Part shown: piece after piece, positions 52,251 to 62,301 of the stretch
Numbering within the stretch: position 1 is the first letter of the stretch
How the letters are laid out: each line of letters begins with the position of its first letter
Origin: Armatimonadota bacterium
GTDB lineage: Bacteria; Sysuimicrobiota; Sysuimicrobiia; Sysuimicrobiales; Kaftiobacteriaceae
Assembly (NCBI GenBank): GCA_037440005.1
Contig: JBBIUY010000007.1
Location: forward strand, 26,671-90,670
Length of the DNA: 64,000 nucleotides
Direction of reading: 5' to 3'
The notes under the pieces: model-generated
The model's database searches: none
Seen by the model: the letters and a program-made list of their open reading frames with translations, nothing else
Told to the model about the DNA's origin: nothing
Program-made: the position numbers and the translations under genes

Positions 52251-52787
52251 GTGAAGATCCCGATCTCCGTGACCGTCAACGGTGTCACCTACCAGCACGA
52301 GGTGGAACCGCGCCTGCTGCTGGTTTACTACCTGCGGGACGTCCTGGGCCTCACCGGCACCCACATCGGGTGCGACACCACCTCCTGCGGGGCGTGCACC
52401 GTGCTGATGGACGGGCTGGCCGTCAAGTCCTGCACGCTCCTGGCGGTGCAGGCCGACGGCGCCGACATCCTGACCGTGGAGGGCCTGGCCCAGGACGGCA
52501 GGCTCCATCCCATTCAGGAAGGGTTCTGGGAGGAGCACGGGCTGCAGTGCGGATTCTGCACGCCCGGCATGATGCTCACGGCGCTGCAGATTCTGGAGCG
52601 CCACCCCGACCCCACCGACGAGCAGATCCGGCACGGCCTGGAGGGCAACCTCTGCCGGTGCACCGGCTACCAGCACATCGTCAACTCCATCAAGGCCGCG
52701 GCGCGCAAGCTCAAAGAGCACCAGATGCCCGCCATCCCCCGGCGCGCGGCGGCTCCGGTGAGTGGAGGCGCAAAGGAGGGGGACTGA
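52251..52787 (+). CDS. coxS: molybdenum hydroxylase small subunit, [2Fe-2S]-binding (CoxS-like)
   Basis: 'GCDTTSCGACTVLMDG' and 'QCGFCTPGM...CRCTGY'. Confidence 0.9.
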   Translation: MKIPISVTVNGVTYQHEVEPRLLLVYYLRDVLGLTGTHIGCDTTSCGACTVLMDGLAVKSCTLLAVQADGADILTVEGLAQDGRLHPIQEGFWEEHGLQCGFCTPGMMLTALQILERHPDPTDEQIRHGLEGNLCRCTGYQHIVNSIKAAARKLKEHQMPAIPRRAAAPVSGGAKEGD

Positions 52788-52788
52788 C

Positions 52789-55149
52789 ATGGCTGTGACC
52801 ACACTGTTCGGCGCCAGCGTCCGCCGCCGCGAAGACCCCCGGCTGGTCACGGGGCGGGCCACCTACACCGACGACATCCGCCTGCCGGGGCTGCTGCACG
52901 CCGTCTTCGTCCGCAGCCCCCACGCCCACGCCCGCATCCGCCGCGTGGACGTCAGCGCCGCCCGACGGGTGCCCGGGGTGGTGGCGGTGTTCACCGGGGC
53001 CGACCTGGCGGGCAAGGTGAACCCTCTGCCCTGCGCGTGGCTGGTGCCCAACGCCGACCTGAAGACCCCGCCCCACCCGGCCCTGGCCACCGACCGGGTC
53101 CGCTACGCGGGCGACGCGGTGGCGGTGGTGGTGGCCGAGGACCGCGCCGCAGCCCGGGACGCGGCCGCCCTGGTGCAGGTGGATTACGAGGTGCTGCCGG
53201 CGGTGGTGGACGCCGAGAAGGCCGTCCGGCCCGGCGCGCCCCGGCTGCACGACGACGTCCCGGACAACGTCGCCTTCCGGTGGAAGGTCTCCGGCGGCGA
53301 CGTCGCCGGGGCGTTCGCCTCAGCCGACCGGGTGATCCGCCAGCGTCTGGTCAACCAGCGGCTGATTCCCAACGCCATGGAGACCCGGGCGGCGGTGGCC
53401 GACTACCGCGCCGCCACCGGCGAACTGACCCTGTGGGTCACCAGCCAGAACCCCCACATCCACCGGGTGATCCTCTCGGGGGTGCTGGGGATCCCCGAGC
53501 ACCGGCTGCGGGTGATCGCTCCGGAGGTGGGCGGCGGCTTCGGCAGCAAGATCTTCGTGTACCCCGACGAGGCCGTGGTGGCCTTCTGCGCCCGGGAACT
53601 GGCCCGGCCCGTCAAGTGGGTGGAGGACCGGCGGGAGAACTACCTGATCAGCGCCCACGGCCGCGACCACGTCACCGAGGTGGAGCTGGCCGTGCGGTCG
53701 GACGGCACCCTGCTGGGGCTGCGGGGGCGCACCTTCGCCAACCTGGGCGCGTACCTGTCCACGGCGGCCCCGGGCATCCCCACCATCCTCCACGGGCTGA
53801 TGCTGTCGGGGGCGTACCAGCTCCCGGCGGTAGACTACGAGGTGGTGGGGGTGTTCACCAACACCACCCCCGTGGACGCCTATCGGGGAGCCGGCCGTCC
53901 CGAGGCGACCTACATCGTCGAGCGGCTGATGGATCTGGCCGCCCGGGAGCTGGGGCTGGACCCGCTGGAGATGCGCCGGCGCAACTTCATCCCGCCCGAC
54001 CGGTTTCCCTACACCACCGTCACGGGGCTCTCCTACGACAGCGGCGACTACGCCCGGGCCCTGGACACCGCGATGCGGATGCTGGAGTACGAGCGGTGGC
54101 GGGACGAGCAGCGCCGGGCGCGCCAGCAGGGCCGCTACCTGGGCATCGGCGCCAGCTGTTACGTGGAGATCTGCGGCCTGGGCCCCTCCCCGGTGGCGGG
54201 GGCGGTGGGCTTCCAGGGCGGCCTGTGGGGCAGCGCCGTGGTGCGGGTGCACCCCACCGGCAAGGTGAACGTGTTCATCGGCGAAAAGCCCCACGGCCAG
54301 GGGGAGGAGACCACCTTCGCCCAGGTGGTGGCCGACGAGCTGCAGGTGCCCATCGACGACGTGCAGGTGATCTACGGGGACACGGCCCTCACGCCCATGG
54401 GGTGGGGCACCTACGGCAGCCGCACCACGCCCGTGGGCAGCGCCGCCTGCGTGCTGGCGGCCCGCAAGATCGTGGACAAAGCCCGCCGGATCGCCGCCCA
54501 CCTGCTGGAGGCCTCGGAGGCGGACATCGTCTACGACGGCGGCCGGTTCTCCGTGCGCGGCTCCCCCGAGCGGGCCAAGACGTTTCAGGAGGTCACCCTG
54601 CAGGCCTACCTGGCCTGGAACCTGCCGGCGGGGATGGAGCCGGGGCTGGAGGCGTCGGCGTTCTACGACCCGCCCAACTTCACCTACCCCTTCGGGACCC
54701 ACCTGTGCGTGGTGGAGGTGGACCCCGAGACCGGTCAGGTGCAGATCCTCCGCTACGTGGCCGTGGACGACTGCGGCCGGGTGATCAACCCGCTCATCGT
54801 GGACGGGCAGGTGCACGGCGGCATCACCCAGGGGCTGGCTCAGGCCCTGCAGGAGGCGGCGGTGTACGACGACGGGGGCCAGCTGCTGACGGCCTCGATG
54901 CTGGAGTACCCGGTGCCCAAGGCCTCTCAGGTGCCGGTGTACCTCACGGCCCGCACCGAAACGCCCTCCCCGCACCACCCGCTGGGGGTCAAGGGGGTGG
55001 GCGAGACCGGCACCATCGCCGCCACCCCGACGGTGGTGAACGCGGTGATGGACGCCCTGCAGCCGCTGGGGGTCCGCCATCTGGACATGCCGCTGACGCC
55101 GTCCCGCATCTGGCAGGCGATCCAGCGGGCGAAAGGAGGGGCCCGATGA
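52789..55149 (+). CDS. coxL: molybdenum hydroxylase large subunit, molybdopterin-binding (form II CoxL-like)
   Basis: '[17 protein letters not shown]' N-terminus. Active-site loop '[11 protein letters not shown]' (nt 53878-53898) is the AYRGAGR form-II signature rather than the AYRCSFR form-I signature. Confidence 0.85.
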   Translation: MAVTTLFGASVRRREDPRLVTGRATYTDDIRLPGLLHAVFVRSPHAHARIRRVDVSAARRVPGVVAVFTGADLAGKVNPLPCAWLVPNADLKTPPHPALATDRVRYAGDAVAVVVAEDRAAARDAAALVQVDYEVLPAVVDAEKAVRPGAPRLHDDVPDNVAFRWKVSGGDVAGAFASADRVIRQRLVNQRLIPNAMETRAAVADYRAATGELTLWVTSQNPHIHRVILSGVLGIPEHRLRVIAPEVGGGFGSKIFVYPDEAVVAFCARELARPVKWVEDRRENYLISAHGRDHVTEVELAVRSDGTLLGLRGRTFANLGAYLSTAAPGIPTILHGLMLSGAYQLPAVDYEVVGVFTNTTPVDAYRGAGRPEATYIVERLMDLAARELGLDPLEMRRRNFIPPDRFPYTTVTGLSYDSGDYARALDTAMRMLEYERWRDEQRRARQQGRYLGIGASCYVEICGLGPSPVAGAVGFQGGLWGSAVVRVHPTGKVNVFIGEKPHGQGEETTFAQVVADELQVPIDDVQVIYGDTALTPMGWGTYGSRTTPVGSAACVLAARKIVDKARRIAAHLLEASEADIVYDGGRFSVRGSPERAKTFQEVTLQAYLAWNLPAGMEPGLEASAFYDPPNFTYPFGTHLCVVEVDPETGQVQILRYVAVDDCGRVINPLIVDGQVHGGITQGLAQALQEAAVYDDGGQLLTASMLEYPVPKASQVPVYLTARTETPSPHHPLGVKGVGETGTIAATPTVVNAVMDALQPLGVRHLDMPLTPSRIWQAIQRAKGGAR

Positions 55150-56009
55150 TTCCCGCCCAGTTCGAGTACCACCGGCCGACGTCCCTCACCGAGGCGCTGC
55201 AGCTGCTGCAGCGGCTGCCCGAGGCGCGGCTGCTGGCGGGCGGCCACAGCCTGCTGCCCATGATGAAGCTGCGGCTGGTCACCCCCGCGCACCTGATTGA
55301 CCTGGGTCGCCTGGGCGACCTGCGGTACATCCGGGAGGAGGGGGGCGCGGTGGCCATCGGGGCGCTGGCGACCCACTGGATGGTGGAGTCCTCGCCCCTG
55401 GTGCGCCAGAAGGCGCCGGTGCTGGCCGAGGCCGCGGGCCGCATCGGCGACGTGCAGGTCCGCAACGTGGGCACCATCGGCGGCAGCCTGGCCCACGCCG
55501 ATCCGGCGGCCGACTACCCGGCGGCCGTCCTGGCCCTGGAGGCCCAGCTGGTCGCCGAGGGACCCGCCGGTTCCCGCACGATTCCCGCCACCGAGTTCTT
55601 CACCGGGATGTTCACCACGGCGCTGCGCCCCGACGAGATCCTCACCCGGGTGACGGTGCCGCCCCTGCCCGCGCGCACCGGCGGGGCCTACCTGAAGTTC
55701 CCGCACCCGGCGTCGGGGTTTGCGGTAGTGGGTGTGGCGGCGGTGGTGACCCTGGACGGCCGGGCGCGCTGCGAGCGCGCCCGCATCGGCATCACCGGGG
55801 TGGGCCCGACCGCCTACCGGGCCCGGGCGGTGGAGGACGCGCTGGCCGGCGCCGCTCTGGACGAGAAGACCGTGGCGGCGGCCGCCGGACTGGCCGCCCA
55901 GGGCGTCGACGTCAACGAGGACCTGTTCGCCTCCGCCGACTACCGCGCTCATCTGGCCCAGGTGTTCACCCGGCGGGCGGTGCTGGCGGCGGCGGAGCGG
56001 GCCAGGTAG
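55146..56009 (+). CDS. coxM: molybdenum hydroxylase medium subunit, FAD-binding (CoxM-like)
   Basis: 'LLAGGHSLLPMMKLR' and 'NVGTIGGSLAHADP'. ATGA overlap with the large subunit gene. Confidence 0.9.
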   Translation: MIPAQFEYHRPTSLTEALQLLQRLPEARLLAGGHSLLPMMKLRLVTPAHLIDLGRLGDLRYIREEGGAVAIGALATHWMVESSPLVRQKAPVLAEAAGRIGDVQVRNVGTIGGSLAHADPAADYPAAVLALEAQLVAEGPAGSRTIPATEFFTGMFTTALRPDEILTRVTVPPLPARTGGAYLKFPHPASGFAVVGVAAVVTLDGRARCERARIGITGVGPTAYRARAVEDALAGAALDEKTVAAAAGLAAQGVDVNEDLFASADYRAHLAQVFTRRAVLAAAERAR

Positions 56010-56065
56010 AGGGGCAGGAGGGCGGATCGGCCGGGGCGTGGCCGCGTGGCTGCGCCCCGGTCCGT

Positions 56066-56731
56066 TCAGAGCGAGTGCTGCGCGGACGCCGCGGCGGCGA
56101 ACGTGCGTCGGATCCAGCGGGAGATCCCGGCCGCGTCGTCGGCGCTCAGGCCGTGTCCGCCGGGACGCCACTCCACCGCCACCTCGGCACCCGCCTGCCG
56201 CAGCACCTCCGCCAGTTCGCGGGTCCGCTCTTCCGGGACCAGGGGGTCGTCCCGCCCGCCGGCGATGTAGACCGCCCGCCCCCGCAGGTCCGGCAGGATC
56301 GCAGGCCGCAGGGGCAGCATCGGGCGCAGTAGCGCCGCGCCGGCCAGCACCTGCGGCCGCAGCAGCAGCACGGCCGCGGCCATGTTGGCGCCGTTGGAGT
56401 AGCCCACCGCCACCACCTGGGCGGGGTCGCGCCCGTAGGCGCGGCAGGCGTCGAGGACGAAGTCGGCGAGCTCGCGGGCGCGGCGGACCAGGTCCTCCTG
56501 GTCGAACACCCCCTGGTCCAGCCGGCGGAAAAACCGGTGCAGGCCGCGCTCGAGGACCTGGCCCCGCGGGCTCAGCAGGGCCGCCCCGGGGGATGCGGCC
56601 CGCCCCAGGGGGATCAGGTCGTTCTCGTCGCCTCCGGTGCCGTGCAGCAGCAGCAGCGTCAGCGCCACCCCGGGCGCGCCCGGCTCGAACCGGTGGACAA
56701 ACCCCGCCGGCGGCTGTGCCGTCGCAGGCAT
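56066..56731 (-). CDS. alpha/beta hydrolase, phospholipase/carboxylesterase family (MhqD-like)
   Basis: 'LLLLHGTGGDENDL' and nucleophile elbow 'VGYSNGA'. Downstream of the VOC dioxygenase gene. Confidence 0.75.
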   Translation of the reverse strand: MPATAQPPAGFVHRFEPGAPGVALTLLLLHGTGGDENDLIPLGRAASPGAALLSPRGQVLERGLHRFFRRLDQGVFDQEDLVRRARELADFVLDACRAYGRDPAQVVAVGYSNGANMAAAVLLLRPQVLAGAALLRPMLPLRPAILPDLRGRAVYIAGGRDDPLVPEERTRELAEVLRQAGAEVAVEWRPGGHGLSADDAAGISRWIRRTFAAAASAQHSL

Positions 56732-56737
56732 CGGCCT

Positions 56738-57721
56738 CTACCCGGAGGTGCGGGCCCGCACCGGGCGGAGAAAACGCGGCAGCGTGATGGGAATCAGGGC
56801 TCCCTCGATCTGCGCGCGGTGGGGTTCCAGCCACGGCGGCAGCACCAGCCGGGACCCCAGCTCGTCTACGGCCTCGTCCACCGCAAACCCCGGCCCGTCG
56901 GTGGCGATCTCGAACAGCACCCCGCCGGGCTCGCGGAAGTAGATGGAGTGGAACCAGAACCGGTCGATGATGTCGCTGACCGGCACGCCGAGCACACGGA
57001 TCCGCTCCCACCAGGCGCGCTGGTCGTCGTCGGTGGGCGTGCGCCAGGCCACGTGGTGAATCGTCCCCACCGCCACCCGACCGGCCCGGGCGGGGGAGTC
57101 CACCACCACGTCCAGCCATGCGCCCGAGCCGCCCGGGCCCACCGCAAAGCGCGTCCGGTCCCCTTCAACGGCCACGGACCGGAAGCCCAGCGGCCCGGTC
57201 AGGAACGGCACCGTGGGTTCGGCGGCGGCCTCGGTGAGGGTGACGGCGTGGATGCCCCGGACGGCGTGCTCCCGGGGCACCGGTCCGTCCTCCCAGAACA
57301 CCCACGGCCGGTCCTCCGCGTCAGGGGCGGCGACCAGTTCCACGGTCTGGCCGTGGGGGTCGGTGAACGTCAGCACCTGCTCGTCAAAGCGGCGGACGGG
57401 GCCGCGCACCTCCACCCCCGCCGACGTCAGGCGGTCCCTCCAGAACGCCTGCGAGCCGGGCGGCACGGTTAGGGCCACCGCCGCCGCCTGGCCGGCGCCG
57501 ACCCGCCCGCGGGGGCCGCCCGGCCAGGCGAAGAACGTCAGGTCGGTCCCCGGCGTGCCCACCGCGTCGGCGTAGAACAGGTGGTAGGTGCCCGGGTCGT
57601 CCTGGTTGACCGACCGTTTGACCAGGCGCAACCCCAGCACGCCCGCGTAGAAGTCGACGTTCTCCTGGGGGTGCCCGCAGATGGCGGTGACGTGGTGAAT
57701 GCCCCCCAGCGGTGTCTCCAT
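56738..57721 (-). CDS. ring-cleaving dioxygenase, VOC/glyoxalase superfamily (MhqE/MhqO-like)
   Basis: Two VOC modules 'GIHHVTAICG...FYAGVLGLRLVK' and 'GTIHHVAWR'. Also 'YFREPGGVLFEIATD'. Confidence 0.8.
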   Translation of the reverse strand: METPLGGIHHVTAICGHPQENVDFYAGVLGLRLVKRSVNQDDPGTYHLFYADAVGTPGTDLTFFAWPGGPRGRVGAGQAAAVALTVPPGSQAFWRDRLTSAGVEVRGPVRRFDEQVLTFTDPHGQTVELVAAPDAEDRPWVFWEDGPVPREHAVRGIHAVTLTEAAAEPTVPFLTGPLGFRSVAVEGDRTRFAVGPGGSGAWLDVVVDSPARAGRVAVGTIHHVAWRTPTDDDQRAWWERIRVLGVPVSDIIDRFWFHSIYFREPGGVLFEIATDGPGFAVDEAVDELGSRLVLPPWLEPHRAQIEGALIPITLPRFLRPVRARTSG

Positions 57722-57978
57722 GGGTCATCCTCCCTCAATGCGCCGCGAGCCGATCCCGGGCGCCCGACTGCCGCCCGGACGAAAGTGATGTCTGCCGCCC
57801 GCCCCGCGCACTCCTGCAGATCGTCCGGCCGTAACTTTTCAATATAACAGGAGAGGGTCGGTCCGGCCTGCTACCATAGGGAACGGCGCCGGCCGGGGCC
57901 GTATTCCCCGCGCCGTTCACACGGTCGCTACACGGGCGGGTCACGCTGTGGTGGAGAGTTCTCCCCGGGAGGGACCAG

Positions 57979-59148
57979 ATGCGGGTGGTGCCGGACGTCC
58001 CTGCAAGACATCGCGCGCGGACGGGCGAAGCTCCCGCGCGCCGCCTGTGGGCCGTGCGGTTCGTGGTCGCGCTGTGGGTGGCCGCGGCACCGCTGGCCGG
58101 CCTGGCCGCCTCCGCCGCCGCCCCGCCGGCTCCGGCGGTGGAGGTGGTCGTAGGCGGCCTGCAGATCCCCTGGGCGGCGGCGTTCGCCCCCGACGGGCGG
58201 ATCTTCCTCACCGAGCGGCCGGGCCGCATCCGGGTCGTGCGGGACGGGCGGCTGGATCCGCAGCCGTGGGCGCAGCTGTCGGTGGCCCACGTGGGCGAAG
58301 GGGGACTGCTGGGGCTGGCGCTGGCGCCGGACTTTGCGCGCAGCGGCGCCCTGTATGTCTATTACACCTACCAGGACGAGGGGCGGCTGTACAACCGGGT
58401 GGTGCGCATGGTGGAGCGGGACGGGCGCGGGCAGGTGGACCGGGTGGTCCTGGACCGCATCCCCGGAGCGGCGGTGCACGACGGCGGCCGGATCCTGTTC
58501 GGCCCCGACGGGCGTCTGTACGTCACCACCGGGGACGCGCGCCAGCCCTCCCTGGCCCAGGACAGGTCGTCCCTGGCCGGCAAGATCCTGCGGATCGCTC
58601 CCGACGGCTCGATTCCCCCCGACAATCCGTTTCCCGGCTCGCCGGTGTACTCGCTGGGCCACCGCAACCCCCAGGGCCTGGCCTGGCACCCGCAGACCCG
58701 GACCATGTACGCGGCCGAGCACGGTCCGTCGGGCGACCTGGGCCTGTGCTGCCGGGACGAGGTGAACGTCATCGAGCCCGGGGCCAACTACGGGTGGCCG
58801 GAGGTATCCGGCCGCGGCGGAGCGCCGCGGTTTGCTGACCCCATCGCCGACAGCGGGCCCGCCGACACCTGGGCGCCCTCTGGAATCGCCGTTCCCGCCC
58901 GGGGTCCGTGGGCGGGCAGCCTGCTGGTGGCCGCCCTGCGGGGCGAGCACCTGCGCCGGCTGGTGCTGGGCGGGGCGCGGATGACCCAGGTGATGGGCCA
59001 GGAGGTGTACTTCCGGGGGGAGCTGGGAAGGCTGCGGGACGTGGTCGAAGGTCCCGACGGCGCGCTGTACCTGCTCACCAGCAACACTGACGGCCGGGGC
59101 CGCCCGCGGCCCGGCGACGACCGTCTGCTGAAGGTCGTCTTCCGCTGA
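57979..59148 (+). CDS. PQQ-dependent soluble sugar (glucose/sorbosone) dehydrogenase family protein
   Basis: 'GGLLGLALAPDF', 'VHDGGRILFGPDGRLYVTTGD', 'GHRNPQGLAW' and 'NYGWPE'. Confidence 0.8.
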   Translation: MRVVPDVPARHRARTGEAPARRLWAVRFVVALWVAAAPLAGLAASAAAPPAPAVEVVVGGLQIPWAAAFAPDGRIFLTERPGRIRVVRDGRLDPQPWAQLSVAHVGEGGLLGLALAPDFARSGALYVYYTYQDEGRLYNRVVRMVERDGRGQVDRVVLDRIPGAAVHDGGRILFGPDGRLYVTTGDARQPSLAQDRSSLAGKILRIAPDGSIPPDNPFPGSPVYSLGHRNPQGLAWHPQTRTMYAAEHGPSGDLGLCCRDEVNVIEPGANYGWPEVSGRGGAPRFADPIADSGPADTWAPSGIAVPARGPWAGSLLVAALRGEHLRRLVLGGARMTQVMGQEVYFRGELGRLRDVVEGPDGALYLLTSNTDGRGRPRPGDDRLLKVVFR

Positions 59149-59185
59149 TGGGCCCCTGCCGGGCGCTGCGGGAGGAGGTGGGGAC

Positions 59186-59749
59186 GTGAGCCGGCGGGTG
59201 GCCGCCGTGGCGGCGTGGTTGGTCCTGGCCGGTGCGAGCCTGCAGGTTCCCGGCGCAGCGCAGCAGAGCGGCTGCGTCCCCGGCCGGCTGACTCCGCCGG
59301 CGGCCGAGGGCCCCTACTACAAGCCGGGATCCCCCCGCCGCACCTCGCTGGTGGAGCCGGGGATGCCGGGAGTGCGCCTGCACCTGTCGGGGCGGGTGTT
59401 CACCCAGGCGTGCCGGCCGGTCCCCGGCGCGTCGCTGGACTTCTGGCAGGCCGACGCCGCAGGCCAGTACGACCTGGTGGGTTACCGCCTGCGGGGCCGC
59501 CAGTTTGCCGACCAGGAGGGGCGGTACGCCCTGCAGACCGTGATGCCCGGCGGATACGGGTCCCGCACCCCGCACATCCACGTGAAGGTGCGCGCGGGTG
59601 CAGGCCCGACCCTCACGACTCAGCTGTACTTCCCCGCGCAGCCCCGCAACCAGCAGGATCCCCTGTTCCGTCCGGAACTGGTGGTGTCGCTGCGCGAGGG
59701 CGTAGACGGGGTGACGGGGGCGTTCGACTTCGTCCTCGACGCGGACTGA
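59186..59749 (+). CDS. intradiol ring-cleavage dioxygenase family protein (secreted)
   Basis: Signal peptide. 'EGPYY', 'LDFWQADAAGQY' and 'RTPHIHVKV'. Confidence 0.75.
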   Translation: MSRRVAAVAAWLVLAGASLQVPGAAQQSGCVPGRLTPPAAEGPYYKPGSPRRTSLVEPGMPGVRLHLSGRVFTQACRPVPGASLDFWQADAAGQYDLVGYRLRGRQFADQEGRYALQTVMPGGYGSRTPHIHVKVRAGAGPTLTTQLYFPAQPRNQQDPLFRPELVVSLREGVDGVTGAFDFVLDAD

Positions 59750-59849
59750 CCCGACCGTCGGAGCCGCGGTTCACGGGTTCTTCACATCGTCCCCCCACCA
59801 TCTGCCCTGGGCCGCGCGCACTGAAGAGCGCACGGAGGCGGCCCGGAGG

Positions 59850-60509
59850 TTGGTGATGCGGGGGAGACACCCGACGATGCCGGCGCGCGTCTGCGCGACG
59901 GTGGTCCTGGGATCCTTCCTGCTGTTCGGCGGGGGCGTGGCGGGCAGCGTGGCGGCTCCCGGGGCCGTCCAGCGCTTCGTGGTCGTGCCCGGGGAGTCCC
60001 AGGCCGTCTACCGGGTCGGCGAGACGCTGTTCCGGGAGGGCAACCGGTTCAACCTCGCCGTGGGGGTGACGACCGCGGTGCGGGGCGAGATCCTCATAGA
60101 CCGCGCCGTCCCCGCCAACAGCCGGGTGGGGCCCATCCAGGTGGACATCAGCCAGTTCCGGTCCGACAGTCCGCGCCGGGACGCCGCCATCCGGGAACGG
60201 TGGCTGGAGTCGGCCCGGTTTCCGCTCGCCGAGTTTACGTCCACCCGGATCGACGGCCTGCCGGCGCGGTACGAGGAGGGCCGGGAGGTGTCCGGGCGCA
60301 TCACCGGCGACCTGAAGATCCGGGACGTGGTCCGGCCGGTCACGTTTGCGGCCACCGTGCGCCTGGCGGGGCAGGAACTGCGGGCGACGGCCACCACCCG
60401 GATCCGGATGACCGACTTCGGGTTCGAGCCCCCGTCCATCTTCGGCGTGCTGCGGGCCGAAAACGAGGTGGACGTGGAGGTGCGCCTGGTCGCCCGGCCG
60501 GCGCCGTAG
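59850..60509 (+). CDS. YceI-family periplasmic protein
   Basis: 'SQAVYRV.E', 'FPLAEFTS' and 'GDLKIRDVVRPVTF' are typical of YceI. The start may be the ATG at 59877. Confidence 0.75.
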   Translation: MVMRGRHPTMPARVCATVVLGSFLLFGGGVAGSVAAPGAVQRFVVVPGESQAVYRVGETLFREGNRFNLAVGVTTAVRGEILIDRAVPANSRVGPIQVDISQFRSDSPRRDAAIRERWLESARFPLAEFTSTRIDGLPARYEEGREVSGRITGDLKIRDVVRPVTFAATVRLAGQELRATATTRIRMTDFGFEPPSIFGVLRAENEVDVEVRLVARPAP

Positions 60510-60549
60510 CCGGCGCGGGCGGGGCGCGCCCAGGCCACAAGCGCTGGCG

Positions 60550-61530
60550 GTGAGAGCAATGGGTGTGCGACGGCAGGGAGGACGCCCGCGGTCGTGGGCC
60601 CTGGCGGCGGCCGGCATCCTGCTGGTCGTGGCGGGGTTGGCCCTGGGGCTGCCGGCCGCCGGTGTGCTCGATCCCCGGGCGGTCCTGGCCCAGGTGGCGC
60701 CGGCGATCGCGGTGGTGCGGGCGACGGTGGACGGGCGCCCGGCCACCGGCAGCGCCTTCGTGATCGACCGGGACGGCTGGCTGCTGACCGCCGCCCACGT
60801 GGTCCGCCGCGCCACCGGCATCCGCGTGGAGCTGCCGGGCCGGGCCCCGCTGGACGCGCGCCTGGTGGGCTACGACGCCACCAGGGACCTGGCCCTGCTG
60901 CGGGTGCAGCCTCCCGCTGCGCTGCCCGTCCTGGTCCTCTCCGGCGCGCCCCCGCGGGTCGGCGATCCCGTGATCGCCGTCATGCCACATGACCGGAGGG
61001 ACGGGGCGCGGGCCGGAGAGGTGCTGACCACGGGCGTCAGCGTGCCCGGGCTGGCCCGCGGCGCCTTCCTGCGGGTGAGCATCCCGGCGCGGCCGGGAAT
61101 GTCCGGCGGGCCGCTGCTCACTGCCCGGGCGGAGGTCGTGGGGGTGGTGGTCGCCTTCTCGGTGGACGCGGAGGGCCGCCGGGGCGGGCTGGCGGTGTCG
61201 GTGACGGCGGTGCGGGAGGTCCTCCCGGCGCTGCGCGGGGGCGCCCGGGTGGAGCGGGCATGGCTGGGCGTCGCCGGCGGCCCGGACGCCCGCGGCACCC
61301 CCGCGGGGGAGGGGGCGCGGATCCGTCAGGTCCTGCCCGGCACCCCCGCGGCGTCAGGAGGCCTGCAGCCCGGGGATGTGATCGTGGAGGTGGACGGGGT
61401 GCCCGTCCGGTCGTGGGACGACCTGCTGGTGGTGGTGGGCGACCGGCGTCCCGGCCAGCGGGTGCGCGTGGTGATCCTCCGGGACGGCAGACGCCTGGAA
61501 CTGGCGGTGACCCTGGGCGTCCGTCCCTGA
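60550..61530 (+). CDS. HtrA/DegP-family serine protease with one PDZ domain
   Basis: 'GSAFVID..GWLLTAAHVV', 'DLALLRV' and 'GMSGGPLL'. PDZ 'GLQPGDVIVEVDGVPV'. Confidence 0.8.
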   Translation: MRAMGVRRQGGRPRSWALAAAGILLVVAGLALGLPAAGVLDPRAVLAQVAPAIAVVRATVDGRPATGSAFVIDRDGWLLTAAHVVRRATGIRVELPGRAPLDARLVGYDATRDLALLRVQPPAALPVLVLSGAPPRVGDPVIAVMPHDRRDGARAGEVLTTGVSVPGLARGAFLRVSIPARPGMSGGPLLTARAEVVGVVVAFSVDAEGRRGGLAVSVTAVREVLPALRGGARVERAWLGVAGGPDARGTPAGEGARIRQVLPGTPAASGGLQPGDVIVEVDGVPVRSWDDLLVVVGDRRPGQRVRVVILRDGRRLELAVTLGVRP

Positions 61531-61617
61531 CGCGCCCGGGGCCGGCCCGGACGCCGGGTCCCCGCCGTCCTGGCGGGGCGCCGCGCCCGGTGGTATGGTG
61601 ATGTCGCCGGCGGAGGT

Positions 61618-62301
61618 ATGGCCACGATCCTGGTGGTGGAGGACGAGGCGGAGATTGCGGCCCTGCTGCGCTCGTACCTCGAGCGCGACGGCCACCGGGT
61701 GCTGGCGGCATCCGACGGTGAGGCGGCGCTGACCCACATCGAGCACGGCTCGGTGGACCTGGTGGTCCTGGACATCATGCTGCCCCGCCTGGACGGGTGG
61801 GAGGTCCTGCGTCGCCTGCGGGCTGTCGCCCCCATCCCGGTCATCATGCTGACGGCCCGGGACCAGGAGGAGGACAAGGTCCGGGGCCTGGAGCTGGGGG
61901 CCGACGACTACGTGACCAAGCCCTTCAGTCCCCGGGAGGTGGCCGCGCGGGTACGGGCCGTGCTGCGCCGCAACCGCCACGAGGGGCGCGACGTGCTGCA
62001 GGTGGGCGAGCTGACCATCGACTTCCGCGCCCGGGAGGTCCGTCGCCAGGGCGACGTGGTGCGCCTCACGCCCACCGAGTGGAGGCTGCTGGAGGTCCTG
62101 GCCGGCCACCCGGGGCGGGTCTTCACCCGCCTGCAGCTCATCGACCGCGTGTACGGCTACACCTTCGAAGGGTTCGAGAGGACCATCGACGCCCACATCA
62201 AGAACCTGCGCCAGAAGATCGAGCCCGCCTCCCGGGAGCCCCGCTACATCCTCACCGTGTACGGGGCCGGGTACAAGTTCGCCTCCCCCGCCCATGGATA
62301 G
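61618..62301 (+). CDS. OmpR-family response regulator
   Basis: 'ILVVEDE', 'DLVVLDIMLPRLDG', 'DDYVTKPF' and wHTH 'LTPTEWRLLEVL...YGAGYKF'. Confidence 0.9.
   Translation: MATILVVEDEAEIAALLRSYLERDGHRVLAASDGEAALTHIEHGSVDLVVLDIMLPRLDGWEVLRRLRAVAPIPVIMLTARDQEEDKVRGLELGADDYVTKPFSPREVAARVRAVLRRNRHEGRDVLQVGELTIDFRAREVRRQGDVVRLTPTEWRLLEVLAGHPGRVFTRLQLIDRVYGYTFEGFERTIDAHIKNLRQKIEPASREPRYILTVYGAGYKFASPAHG

Noticed and set aside
52789-55149. Calling the molybdoenzyme a carbon monoxide dehydrogenase.
   Set aside because: The active-site loop is AYRGAGR (form II) rather than AYRCSFR, and accessory cox genes are absent. It is annotated only as a CoxL-like molybdenum hydroxylase.
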